A stretch of DNA of 60,624 nt, filler included, from Hausera hauseri (Eukaryota), in the NCBI GenBank assembly GCA_046269625.1. It is 10 parts of 10 records of this genome, joined end to end, with 100 filler letters (N's around TTAATTAATTAA, not from the genome) between each part and the next. Parts side by side here need not be neighbours in the genome. Positions count along the whole stretch, not along the records: positions 43,045 to 52,499 come from JBJURY010373258.1; positions 52,600 to 56,565 come from JBJURY010852411.1; positions 56,666 to 60,624 come from JBJURY010857745.1; 7 more parts are not named here. One strand, given 5' to 3'. Made by a program: the position numbers and the translations under genes. The notes under the pieces are model-generated. The model was not told the origin of the DNA. It ran no database searches and saw only the letters and a program-made list of their open reading frames with translations. Of this stretch, positions 48,400 through 60,624 are shown in pieces. Each line of letters begins with the position of its first letter. The first letter of the stretch is position 1.

Positions 48400-51300
48400 T
48401 GCTTTTTGGTTACTGTAGGGTTTTATTGAAGTCAAGGTATCTTAGGTGCACTCCTGGTGCGACTCGATACCGGTGTGGCAGGGGTTTGGTTGCGTATTAT
48501 CGTACGTTCTGTTTCAGGAAGTATGGGCGTTAGAGTAATGTGTATTTCAGTTTGGACCGTGGTCGGGTCATATTCTACGGGAATGTCCATATTGAATGGA
48601 TCAAATTTGTCGTAGTTTTCTCAAAGCTTATCTACTTCTGACATACTTGGTCCGTCTTGTTGGATATGATCTTCCGTATCGGAATCATGATATCCGAATG
48701 CGGGTTTTACGTTCGACAATTGGATTATATGTTCATCATTGTCGCGTAATATTCTCGCATTGTGCTCGGTGATTTCTATGAGCTTGTAGAAACCCGTGTA
48801 GTACGGTTCAAACCCGTGTCTTTGTTGGCTGTTTTGCCAGACAAAAAAAGCTTCTTGTAAATTCTTCTGCACGAGTGGTTTTTTGTAATTGCTGTAGAAT
48901 GCAGCGTTCGTGTCTATTAACAGGAAATGCTTCCGAGCTTGGTTGAGGGCAGGGATGAAAGTTATTTTCTCGTTGCTCACCAGATCTTGCGGGAATGTGA
49001 GATTGGCACTAAATAATAGTTGTGTTGGATAGGCATCAGTGCTAATGTTCGGAGTGTTTCTCCACCTAATGACATAATGGGTAATGCATCCAGCCAGTTT
49101 TTGTTATCGTGGCTTAGGATTCCTAAGAATGATTTTAGTGTACGATGAAATCGTTCGATCAAACCAATCGCTTGTGGATGGTTGGGCGGTATATGTATGT
49201 GCTTTGAACCAAGCGATTTGGTCAACTGTTTAAACATGACTGATTCGAATTTGGTAATCGATCTGTTATAATGTTTTCAGGTACTCCAAACCGAGAAATT
49301 CACGTATTTACTAATACAGCCACAACGCTTTGCATTGTTATTTGGCGGATTGGAATGGCTTGGGGCCGTCTTGTTTTCCGGTCGATAATGGTTAGGATGT
49401 ACTGATATCCGTTACATTCGGGAAGTGGTCCTACTATGTCCATGCAGATAGTCTCAAACAGTGAGCCAGTAGAATAATGTAGGATTGGTGGTTGTATAGT
49501 ATGGTTGGTTTTATACTGTAGCAAAGCGAATATTCTTTTGTCCACCACTTTAAATCGCTTAGCATATGAGCCCAACAGACTTTACTGCTTAATAGGTGAG
49601 CTGTGGCTTTTGATCCAGGATGATGGATGTTGTGAATGGTGTCAAATGCCTGTTACCGCAGGTTTTCTGCCAGAATTGGGCGTGGACAACCATTGAGAAT
49701 GGTATTGTAGTGTATCCCATCCTTTGTGTCAACTGCTTTGAAGAACGTAACATCGTCTTCATGTGGAGGGTTCGATTGCAGACACTCTTCCGTAAAAATT
49801 GGATAAAAGGACACTGTCGATATCCCAGTTCTGGAAAAAAAATCAGCAACTGTGCTATCTTTTCCAGTTATGTATTCTATCTGGAATGAAATTTCCGATA
49901 GAAATGAGATGTGTCGCTCTTGACGAGGCGATTGGTTTTTCATACTAATCATGTCACTGAGTGGTTTGTGATTCATGCGGATTGTGAACACATGTCCTTC
50001 GAGTAAATGTCTGAAGTGTTTAACGCTGAGAATAATTGCTAGTAAATCTCGGTCGAAAGTTGAGTAATGTTGCTTAGCCGAATTGAATTTGTGGGAAAGG
50101 AATGCAATGACAGCATTTTTTCATTGGATTGATTGGACAACTATTGCACCTGCAGCGATGGTGGATGTGTTTGTTATTAAGATAAACGGTGCATCGCGTT
50201 TAGGATTATACAATGTAGGTATGTGAAGAAGCGCCGTTTATGCATTGGCAAATGCCTGTTGAACATCATCTGTCCAGTTTACCTTAAATTTTTTGTATCC
50301 TTGGCTTGGTGCAGATAGAGGTTACAGGATTTCTGAGCATTGTGGAATGTAACGATAGCAGAAATTGATTGTGCCAAGAAAGCTGCGAAGTCCACTCACT
50401 GTGGATGGCTCCGGTATTTGTTTGATGGTTTCTAGCCGCTCAGGAAGAGGACTGTGACCATGTGGTGTTAACCTCAGTCTGAGATATGCTGCTTCAGTTT
50501 TAAAGAATGAACATTTGTTTATGTTCACCTGTAGATTGTTATCATTCAACCTATGAAAGACGTGTTCGAAGTGTGTTTTGTGAGTCGCTTCATCAGGTGA
50601 TGCCATCAATATGTCATCTATATATGGGATTGCATAAGGCATGTCGATGATGGTTTGGTCTATGTGGCGTTGGAATGTTTGACTTGCATTCCCTAAGCCG
50701 AATGTCATGCGTAGGTAGTCGAACAAACGAAAATGAATTATTATTACTGTCGTTTTTGGAATGTCTTTGGTAGGAACTGGGATCTGATGGTATGCCCTTT
50801 CAAGATCGATTGTGCTGAATATTGCGGCACCATGTAGGCGATGCTATATGTCGGTTTACCAACGGTGTTGGGATGAATCGTGGATGGTGACATAATTTAA
50901 CATTATATAGTCATCAGAAGGCCGGTATGAACCGTTCTTTTGAGAACCATGTGCAATGTTGATGCACATGGTGATGTAGAGCGGCGTATTAGGCCAGCTT
51001 CTTCAAGGTGTCGGAATTCGGCTGCCGTAGCTGCTCTCTTGACAGGGTCAAGCTCCCTCTGGGGTTGTCGAATCGGTCGATCACATGAAGTGACGAAAAA
51101 ATGTGATGTTTTCACCTCTTTCTGTATTGTTTATGTTGAGTGTTTCGACAAGTTAGGGTATTGCGCTTGGAGCAGTGGTGCGATGTCAATGGGATTCGTG
51201 ATCTTTATGCCCGTGACCTCGTTTTTGGTTAGCGTGAATGTGGGTGGAGGTAATGGATTGCTCGTGCTGGTAAGTTGTTGATTTCGGCAATCAACTGTGA

Positions 51301-52499
51301 GATCGTAGTGATCTAGGAAGTCAGAACCAAGGATTGGTTGCATGACATCGGCCAATATGAATGACCAAGCGTATGGTCGGCCTTGTAGGTGAAATTGTAG
51401 GTACAGTGTACTTGTGGTTTCTATGCGCGTGCCATTGGTAGTTTTGAGTGATGCATGCGAGACCACAGTAGGTCTAGCCTATGCGCTAGGTATCAGCGAT
51501 AAAGCTGCACCAGTGTCGATTAAAACGTCTAGCTGTTTCGAGATGTCGGAGTGTAGTGGCTCCGCCTCGAGGGTGAAGATAGCATCGACAATGCGTTCGC
51601 TATTTGTATACGGCAGTTGTGGTGATTGGGTTTCCAGCCGATGTGCCGTTGGTCGTCTGAGCCCATTTTGTTTTTTGACGGCTTGTGAAATTTGCAGTCG
51701 GATCGACAGGCTTTTGCGTCTGGACCGAAATGGTTGTGATAAATGCAAGTGTCTTGCATTTTTACTTTTGCCGATGACTTGTCGAATTGGCAACCATGGT
51801 AGCATTTGTAGGCGGATTCGCCAAATCGAGTGTGGAAATGGCAAATTTTGGAAAATTTGCCTTTCTTTCGCTTAAGGAATTGGCGCCGAGATTGCGGTTT
51901 GTCTATGTCTGGCGGATTCTTGTGCTTTACAAGTGCTTACAATGTGGCAATGATAGTGTCCAGCTGATTTTACTATGTCATTGTGACGGAATGGATATTT
52001 TCCGTCAGTGCGGATTCTACAGTGCCTTTAGTGCATTCGTATATTTTGTCGGCTTTTGATGCCATATCGTCCAAAGTGGTATTGGGCGGGAATAGCACCA
52101 ATGCCGCTTGAATTTGATTGGGCAAACTACTTAGGAAGTAGCGCCGTAGTATGCGCTGCTTGGTGTGGAGGTCCAATTCAGCATTGCTCAAGTCTGAGCG
52201 TAACTTGTGAAGCAGAGCAAACGGTTTCATATTGCCTGTCTGTCGCTTGGTGAAGACCAAGTTGAACTTGTCCTGTTGGGATGGCAGATATTCTTTGCAT
52301 ATGGCTGCTTTGATTTTGTCGAACGGTTTTCATCTGACAGTAGCGTGTCCAGACCCGTTATTGCTGCAAGCGTTGTTGGCTTCAGGTATTGAATGAGTAT
52401 TAAGGCATTGTCTAAATGGCCGGTGATGCTGCATTGAGTAGCCCATGTTTCAAACACATGGAACCACTTCAATGGCGTTCCGTCCAAACCTATGAAGAA
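48400..52499 (-). mobile_element. Ty3/gypsy element gag-PR-RT-RH-IN, decayed
   Basis: Gag with CIYHNHFGPDAKAC, PR VLIDTGAALSLIP, RT FGLGNASQTFQR/YIDD, RNase H STFDRDLL/HKPL, integrase MDIVGPLP/HPQAIGLIERFHR. Confidence 0.95.
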
Positions 52500-52599
52500 N
52501 NNNNNNNNNNNNNNNNNNNNNNNNNNNNNNNNNNNNNNNNNNNTTAATTAATTAANNNNNNNNNNNNNNNNNNNNNNNNNNNNNNNNNNNNNNNNNNNN

Positions 52600-55500
52600 G
52601 GCTATTTCTGGTTTCTTTTGACTTTCTATTATCCATGGTATATTCCATTCGCTCACTTTTTAAGTATTTCTCTAGGTATCTTTGTGACATAATATCTAAG
52701 TTATGACCATGATATATGTCTAAGCATTAGTAAGTTTAGTTGGTTTGTTCCATATGGTAAATGGCGGTTAGATTTACTGGATTTATTCTCACTGTATTTA
52801 GTAGTTCTGGCAATTGGCGTCCGATGATAACTTTTTTTGGTAAATACTTATTCATGAATTCACTTACCGACGCTTGTTGTTGAGGGTTGGACCGTCTGCG
52901 GTATTGGGTATATTTTGTTATGTCTGGTATGTCTGGATACACATGAATATTTCGAATGTTATTCATCCTAAGTTTTTGGCAGTGACTTGAGTAAGTCCTT
53001 TTTGATCTTCTTTGGTTATGCATCTACCTATGAGTATTATTTCTTTATTCTATGTTACAGGTTCATCCACAGAAAATATGGGTGTTTCCTTAAATAACTG
53101 TATTAATTATAGCGGGCAGTTATCTAGTGGTTGGATTTGACAATTTCCTTTGTAGGGATAATTGTGGAGCATCATAATTCCTTTGGAAATGATTACTGCT
53201 TTATTACTAACTTGTAGTTGGGCTTCTTCTTGATTGGTAATTATAGCACATGGTGGATCATTCCTTTTAATCTGGATATCGGTATTCTTTAAACATGCTT
53301 TAAGTAGACTTTCTGTTAGCGAATATTTTATTCCAGTTTTAAACTGTATCTATGTCCATACGCTGCAATTTTACTTCCGGAATTTCTCGTTGGGGAGGTT
53401 GGTCGTCCTTATACAAGGGTCTGCTTGGAAAAGTATAATATGGGAATCCCTGACGGTTAAGTTAAATTTTGTATTCCTGTCGTAGGTTTGTTAGTTGTTG
53501 GGGTAATGTGCCTTCTCTTTTCCATTGATCACTTGGTAAATTAAAATTCTGATCTACATTAAACGTACCGAGGATGTCTGTTTCCTTTAGCTGTATTTGC
53601 TTAAATAACAATGATAATTCGATTCCAACAATGAGTTTTCCACAGAGTAACTGTCTGAGGCTTTCAGCGCGTTTTTCCTTTTCGATATTTTCCTTTTCTA
53701 ACTCAACTATCAGATCACCTTTGACGTTCCCCATTCTTATTTAATTGATTTCTGGTTCCTGCTCATCTTCGATAGTTTTTTCTACTGCTACAAAGGTTAA
53801 GAGTAAGTTTTTGATTTTCTTTCTTTCTGGCTATAATATATACGGAAGTGTATTATTTTGGATATCTGGTACTTTTCGTTCTGCTTGATCCAGGTAGTTT
53901 CTCGTTATGAAGGGTTTTTCTAAAATAGACCTGTTGGATGGTGGTTTGGATGTGATTTGTTGATGTTCTATTATTGGTTTTGCCATTAATAGTTCCGTAA
54001 AAGCTGATTTAGTTTGTTCGTTGAAAGTTACTGAGCGGCGGGATGAAACACTCCTAACATCGCTATTGCTTTTCCTATTGTCTGCAGAAATTCCTCTTAC
54101 TTTTGTGGAACTACTGTATGATAGTATTTTTGAGTCCAGTTTTCTTTAATTTTGGTGCTTAGAATATTCTGGCGTCGTATTTCTGTTGTATCTACATGGG
54201 AAAGTATTTCTGTTTGTCGGTGACTCGTTTCATCTGAAACTATAATGTGGTTATCGAACATATCTCTCATTATTATTGCTTGGTCTGGGAGAAGGGGTTT
54301 GATTTCGATCTCTTTGATAGTGTGGACTGGAATTCCCATGATATCTATCCGATTTTCATCGAAGTGGGGTATAGTCATGTCTTCTGTCATAATTTCCAGG
54401 TCTCGAATCGTTATACCTATTTCTATTATCACTTCCGAAATTATATCTGTCTCCACTATCACGTCGTCGGTTACCTCTTTCTCTGCTATCATTCCTATTG
54501 ACGTTACCATATCTTTTTCGGCGGCTTTCACTTCGCCTGTCGTTGGGATAGTTGGTTCTTAATCCTTTCGGCCGATTGGTTAGATATCGTGTTCGGCTAT
54601 CATCTCGTCTATAATATGGGTTCACTTAATTATTTCTATTATCATAACGATTGGGATTTCGATCATTACTGTACCTTTCTCTACTAGGAAATCGGTTTCT
54701 ATTATCATTTCTATCTCTCGAGTAATCTCGTGTTCTGTCGTATCTTGTGTCATTCCTCTGTAGATCATCATAATATCCTCTGTTTCTTTGATATGCGGCA
54801 TCTCTTTGATTATTGTTGTAGTCTCTGAATGATTGGTTATAATTCCCTCTTTCTGAAGTATTGCCTCTCTGTGGTATATTACTGTCTTGTCGATAAGGAC
54901 TTTAGCTTCTCGAAGAACCTCTCCAAGGTGAATTGCTACGATATGTTACTTCTGGTCTTACTAATAATGGTGTCGTAGCCATTGCTGCGATTTGTGTTTG
55001 ATCAGTCCAGACAGGTGTTTCATCTATTCTAGTTGCCATTCGTCGGGTATATTCTATTATCTCGTTAAAATTATTTGCCGTGTGGAATTTGACTCCTTAT
55101 CGTAAAGGCGGTAAAAGTCCAAGTACAAATTGCTTCATGATCATAGCCCCAAAAGCTTGTGCGTTCAGAGCGAAATATCTATTCATTGCGGTTTTAAATC
55201 TATTGATGTATCTTAAGACTTCTTCATTCGGTTTCTGTTTACAGTTTTGAAATTTTAGATATCGGTTTTCTTGTACATTAACCTGTTAATTTTGTGAAAT
55301 TCTTTCTGGATGTTGTGCCCAGTTTTCGTCTAAACGTCTAGGTAAGCGTGTTATAGCCATTCTTAAGTCATTATTCACATGGATTGGTAAAAGGGATATT
55401 TTTCTTGCATCATCCCAATGCACGGCTGTCGGTAGTGAATCTTATTCGTCTAAGAAATTCTCTAAGTCAAATACTCGTCCTTTATATTGTTGGAGACGAG

Positions 55501-56565
55501 GGAGCATTTGATATTTCTCTACTCTCCTTTTTTCATAAATGTTTGGTGGGTCGTAACCGGCATTGTTATTTATATCCCTCGGTAGACCACAGTTGCGCTC
55601 ACCATGCTGAGCCAACGGATCTCGATTATTCCTTAGCAGCTCCATTTTGTTGCTATGGGTGTTAGAGGTTTTACAAGGTGTGCAACTTAGCTCCGCTGAA
55701 AATTCTGGTGATTGCACATTTTCTAGTCGTCCATTCAGTCGAGCTACTAATTCTTCCGCCCTTACTTGTTCAAGGCGTTTGTTTAGTTATTAGTTATCCC
55801 TAGTCAGAACAGATTTTATCTCTGGTACGGTTATGTTCTGCTTGTATCTGTTCGTGTTCGCACACTATAACTGCTACTTGGTTCTGTATTCCATTTATTC
55901 TTTGATTTGTTTGTCTTTTATTATTATCAATCTCTTCTCTGTTTCTATGTATTGCTGCTATGTTTTCAATAGTTTTCTGTTGTAAATTACGTATTTGTCT
56001 AGTGTGAGCATCTGTATTTTGTGTTATTTGATCAGTTCTTTCTTTGAGTTCATTTAGACTTGTGCCGTTACCATTTACTTTTTCTTCTATTTGTATAGTT
56101 TTTTCTTCAACTCTATCTAGTCTCATATTATTATTTATGATGCTTATTTCCACTATGTCATCTCCTCTTTGTCGGGATATATCTTGTATGTCTCTAATTA
56201 TTTGTCGGATATTACCTTCCGTCTGATTTTGTCTCGCTCTCAGATCATCCACGTATAACTAATGTACTTCGTAAGGTGTTCGACATTCCAATACTTGATT
56301 AATAGTTCTCTGTGCTAACTGACGTGAGTTAGGTGCATTGCAGTATTGACCTCGAGGTGGTCTTCGTCGTCCATTGACTCCTCGTACCCAATGATGTTTT
56401 ACTGGAGCGGGGATAATGGTATTGGATCAATATCAAGTAATTATTCTATGGATGATGCTGTACTTAGAGCATCTAAGCTATTAGTGAGACTAGTGTTTTC
56501 TTCGTTTGAATCTACTTTATTAATTGAAGTCAATTGATTTTGCGTTAATCGGCCTCGGGATTGGG
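52600..56565 (-). mobile_element. Extended retrotransposon gag-like ORF, decayed
   Basis: Coiled coil at 56252-55800. Capsid-like region LQQYKG..DLENFLDE and CKQKPNEEVLRYINRF...KQFVLGLLPPLR. A long R/D/N/Y-rich low-complexity tract and further unknown coding follow. Confidence 0.7.
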
Positions 56566-58109
56566 NNNNNNNNNNNNNNNNNNNNNNNNNNNNNNNNNNN
56601 NNNNNNNNNTTAATTAATTAANNNNNNNNNNNNNNNNNNNNNNNNNNNNNNNNNNNNNNNNNNNNTGGATAGTCTGATCTATCCAAGAAATATGCCAAAT
56701 TATAAAAATCATTGAATATATTTTTCGTTAAGTTTGATTTCCTAGATTTTTCCCCGTGAGATAAGAGAATTCTCCCCATGATGTTTGGAAAAACAAAAGA
56801 AACAACACAACGTAATATGTAAACGGTTTAATAAGTTCAAATCGTTTGTCCTCTGAAGAAAACGATGCGTTAGCTATGGTCAAACTCTGCTTCGAGTCGG
56901 CACGGGCTGAGCACTGTCATCACCTATTCTCCGTTGGCAGCGCAGGTATTAACTGATTTTCGGATGGGCTTAACGACTCAAACAGTCGATCGGTGGCCGC
57001 CTTAAGTCGGTCAAAAATGGCCATAAAACCCGATGGATTGAAATAGCGTCCATTATCGCCCACGGCATAGAATTCAAAGGAGCCCTAGGCAGCTCCGTGA
57101 GATGCTACACGAACCTGCTCCACTGTGGGAGTTTGCGCGCTGTTTGAAAATTCGAGTAGATTTAACAGTAGAGGATCTCCAGACCTATCTCCAACGCCTC
57201 CTAGTAACGTCGGCCGTGCATCGACTATTACGAGACTTCCTCTACAAGGCAGTTCCCTTGAGGGAGCCGTTGTCAAGGGACTCATTACCAACTCCAAAAT
57301 GAGCTGGTCCGTAAGTTACCAGAATTCAGTAGCATGGAGTCAACATAGTCGTTCTAGCGACGCAATTGTATTCTGCTAATGGATCATCGTTAGCGAAACT
57401 CGGTGGAGTCTTTCCAATGCTTCGCGGGGAAACTTTAGTCTTGATGCCTGCCCCAATAACCGAGCCTTCAGAAGTCAGGCTGTCGCTTTCATTGCTGTCC
57501 AGATCCACATGTCATTGCTCGACATGTTTCGGCGCGGTGATCTCGTCATCCCATGAGTTAAGTTCCACGACGTCATCAAGTTCACTGGACAATCTCAAGG
57601 GAATTTCCCTGTGTGGTACTTACCGCGGCCGGTGCCCTTTGGCCCTTTTGGTTGGGCACGGCCGGGCGTTCCTTGTCACCGCGTCAAACCCATAGTCGGG
57701 CCTGATCTTCAGACTCTTCGCTCTAAGAATTTAACCCGTCTGATTGGACGAGAAGATCATCAAAACTTAACGGCATCTCTAAAATTAATACGCCAAGTAG
57801 CGATGAATCTCTTTTACACTCTACGTCTCTTGAACCTATTTCCTCCGATTTATCAAGTGAACAATCTTCTAGATTATTTGACGATTCTAGCGTTAACTTC
57901 TCCGACAACAGGTTGAGTTCAATGTCGAAAAGCAGAAATAGTCTATTTGCGAACAGTATTTTATCGGATTCTCAAGAAATCACCGAACGTCAAGTTTCTG
58001 CAAAACCAGAACCTTCAACGGTGAGCGCGGTTGCTTTTATATACAGTACGACCGACGTCCTCCTTGTTGACGTTCTTAAATTACGGAGTTTTTGGAATAA
58101 ATTTCACAG

Positions 58110-58470
58110 AAGACGCTGAAACCTGGAAATTTAATGTGTTTCGATTGAACAGATTTGCAGGAGGTAATTCAACGCTTGTTACCTTCGGTGTGAAAGTTTT
58201 GAATCTTGTGGTTTAATTGATCATTTCCAGCTCAAAACTGACTGTTTAAAGAAGTTTCTCCATTCAATTCAGGATGTTTGTCATAATTCAAATCCATATC
58301 ACAACCCATTGCATTCAGCTGATGTAGCTTAGGCTATGCATTGATTTCTTTCAGATACGAAAATTAAAAGCATATAGGAACCCATAGATGTGCTCGAATG
58401 CACCGTTGCAGCGTTTTATCATGACGTCGACCATCCAGGACTTAACCAGCACTATTTAGAAAATCAATTA
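58110..58470 (+). pseudogene. Cyclic-nucleotide phosphodiesterase catalytic fragment (PDE7-like)
   Basis: WKFNVF..GNS.LV..GLIDHF...NPYHNPLHSADVA*AMH*FL...AAFYHDVDHPGLNQ. One frameshift and three stops; truncated. Confidence 0.85.
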
Positions 58471-59559
58471 CCTTTTATTTCACTGTACAATCATTCGCAT
58501 TTTTTGAGCAATTTTGATGGCTTAACATCGACGTCTCCAATGTTCAAACGAGGGACAATGTTTAAACCAACACGAATACCATCAGAACCTTTTTCGAACG
58601 GAACTGAGTTAGAACCATTTGGTTTCTTTAACCTTTCCACTCCGTTTCCGATGTCAAAATAAAAACGATCACTATTGACCCCATTGTGACAGAATAATGA
58701 ACCGGCGCTAATTGATTTTACTTCTACTGTTGACTTTGCCACTGATCTTTGTATGCTTCTCGAAAAACAGAATCAGTATCTTTACTAAATGGTCGTAAAG
58801 AATTCGTCAAGGAATCCTTAATACAGAAATCCGTATTTAGTTCTTCAACTGATAAATTTAGTTCAATAGCTATTTAAGCGAACCAAAAGTTCGTTGACCA
58901 TAACAATACAAATCGTGATGAACAATCCATCTGATATAGTTTTTTCTCTAAATAACGATGTTCAATAAAAATGATCGAATATCTAATGGTGAAATGCAGC
59001 ATCTTCCGATGTTTTTATTTTTTTTATTTATATGCGAAAAATCTGTTGGACATTTGTTAACATGCCTATGAGGTTTAGTTTCGCTTTTATTATTTTATTG
59101 AACAACAAAATTTTGTTTATTAAACAACGATTTTGCTTCCATATAGATCTTTTAATTGATGAAAAAGATTAAGTCTTATTATATAGGAAATCTCTTGTTT
59201 GAATCGATAAAACTTTTAGTGTTATTTTATGAAAATAAAAAATTTTTGAATTTGAATTTATTCTGGCCATTTTGAAATTTTTTACGACGTTTTGAAATTT
59301 GTTGTTTCATTTTGAAATAGTATTCATATATCAAATTGTTTATTGGATTTCGTCGATTCGTTGCGTGCATATAAGCACAACTATGAAAATTTCGAATTAT
59401 TTATTCGACTATCATATTCAATTTGATCAAATGATTTTAGTAACCGAATTCGAAATAAAAGGAAAATTTCTGTACGTTATCAGTTTATTCGGAGATACGT
59501 TACGTGAATTTGATTTACTTTTTGTGGAGAAACTAACAAAGCAATATTTTAATTACGCT

Positions 59560-60624
59560 TATACGATCAACAAATCATCTAACACCATAGTCCTGTGGAC
59601 CGATTTCAAATAAACGAAGGGAAACCAACCGTCGGACGAAGAAGCCATAATATGGTTTAAAACGACGTTCATGAGGAAGGTGAACCTTCTCGATGAGGTG
59701 GTCGAATTAGCCAACATGTATCAGAAAGAAGGAGAAAAGTTTCTGACATTGGAAATCAGAGTGCGCCAAGCAACTGACAAAATTTTTGAGTTGAACAAAG
59801 ATTTTGTTTAAGAAGTGCTAAAAAAACGAATCAGCTCAAAAGTGCTAAGAGAGCGATTTGTTTTCAAACGAAAAATGACGGTAGAAGAGATGAGTGAAGA
59901 GACTAAAATTTTGGAAGATAGCCAAACCGTAAAGGAATTCAGAAAAGTGGCACTATTGAAGAAATCATTCTGGGATGCGGTAAAGTCTCCCAATCAAAAT
60001 TTTAATATAACAGCATACGTGAAACCAAAAGAATATGACAAAAGACCGTTCGAGCACAACAGTGGAAGAGAATATTAAAAAAAAGGTTTGAAACAAGATC
60101 GATGAATAACAACATTGCTCAGGACCAGAAACCAGATGCCAGTTTGATCGTACATAGAAGAAGACAGTCTCCAACTCACTTTGCGTATCATGAAGCTAGT
60201 ATGCTCTATTGCCGCGTGAAATACCTACCAGCACCGAAAGAAAAAGTTCTATCTTAGGGTGATTGATTTTGCTGTGGAAAACATGGACACATTAGAAGAA
60301 ACTGTAATTTAAACAATTTATGTTTGATATGTGCAAAAAGTGGACACGGATCTCGAAACTGTTTCAAATTGCGACAGGTAAACCCGATGTGTGTGGAAGA
60401 CATGTTTGAAGACCATGAAGATAAAATTGTGCCCTATGAAGACGACGTACAGGAAAATTTAAACACCAGAAACTCTGCTGTGAGCATTTCGTCAGTAGAG
60501 TTGGCGTAGACAGTCTACAAAACCGAGATGCAACAATGGTAGTGGGAAAAGACGGACGGTAGTGGAGTAAAGTCAAGCTGAACAAGTGTGGAATAGAAAT
60601 GTTGTTGGATAGTGGAGCCACGGT
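59560..60624 (+). mobile_element. LTR retrotransposon gag and start of protease
   Basis: Gag-like MYQKEGEKF, knuckles CGKHGHIRRNC and CLICAKSGHGSRNC, then KVKLNKCGIEMLLDSGAT at the window end. Confidence 0.85.

Noticed and set aside
4035-56665. Recurring TTAATTAATTAA flanked by N runs as a biological repeat or CRISPR-like array
   Set aside because: Exactly 100-bp artificial linkers. Adjacency across them is meaningless, and ORFs containing X are artefacts.
58320-58380. Alternative genetic code (TAG at a conserved Gln in the PDE fragment)
   Set aside because: All three stop codons occur across the window at positions of various residues (Gln, Cys, Arg, Gly) together with frameshifts, which fits decay rather than reassignment.

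Overview
This window is not one continuous locus. It is ten AT-rich animal contigs joined by nine artificial 100-bp linkers (44 N + TTAATTAATTAA + 44 N): A 1-4034, B 4135-8755, C 8856-13706, D 13807-18085, E 18186-25455, F 25556-32248, G 32349-42944, H 43045-52499, I 52600-56565, J 56666-60624. Most of it is decayed Ty3/gypsy LTR retrotransposon sequence. It also holds LINE, SINE and MITE debris and broken host-gene fragments (class B GPCR, PDE7-like, Mask/ANKHD1 ankyrin, MTAP, PH domain). The standout is contig G, a >10.5-kb minus-strand Ty3/gypsy element with an unusual layout: long coiled-coil ORF, chuvirus-like fusion glycoprotein, PR, RT, RNase H, integrase, a second type I membrane protein, then a further signal-peptide ORF. 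The glycoprotein lies upstream of the protease, in the same frame, separated by one TGA, and its cytoplasmic tail carries a PTAP motif. Contig D may be the 3' end of a similar cargo-rich element, with RING and zinc-finger ORFs before a PPT and LTR. All family assignments come from recognising motifs by eye; no database search was run.
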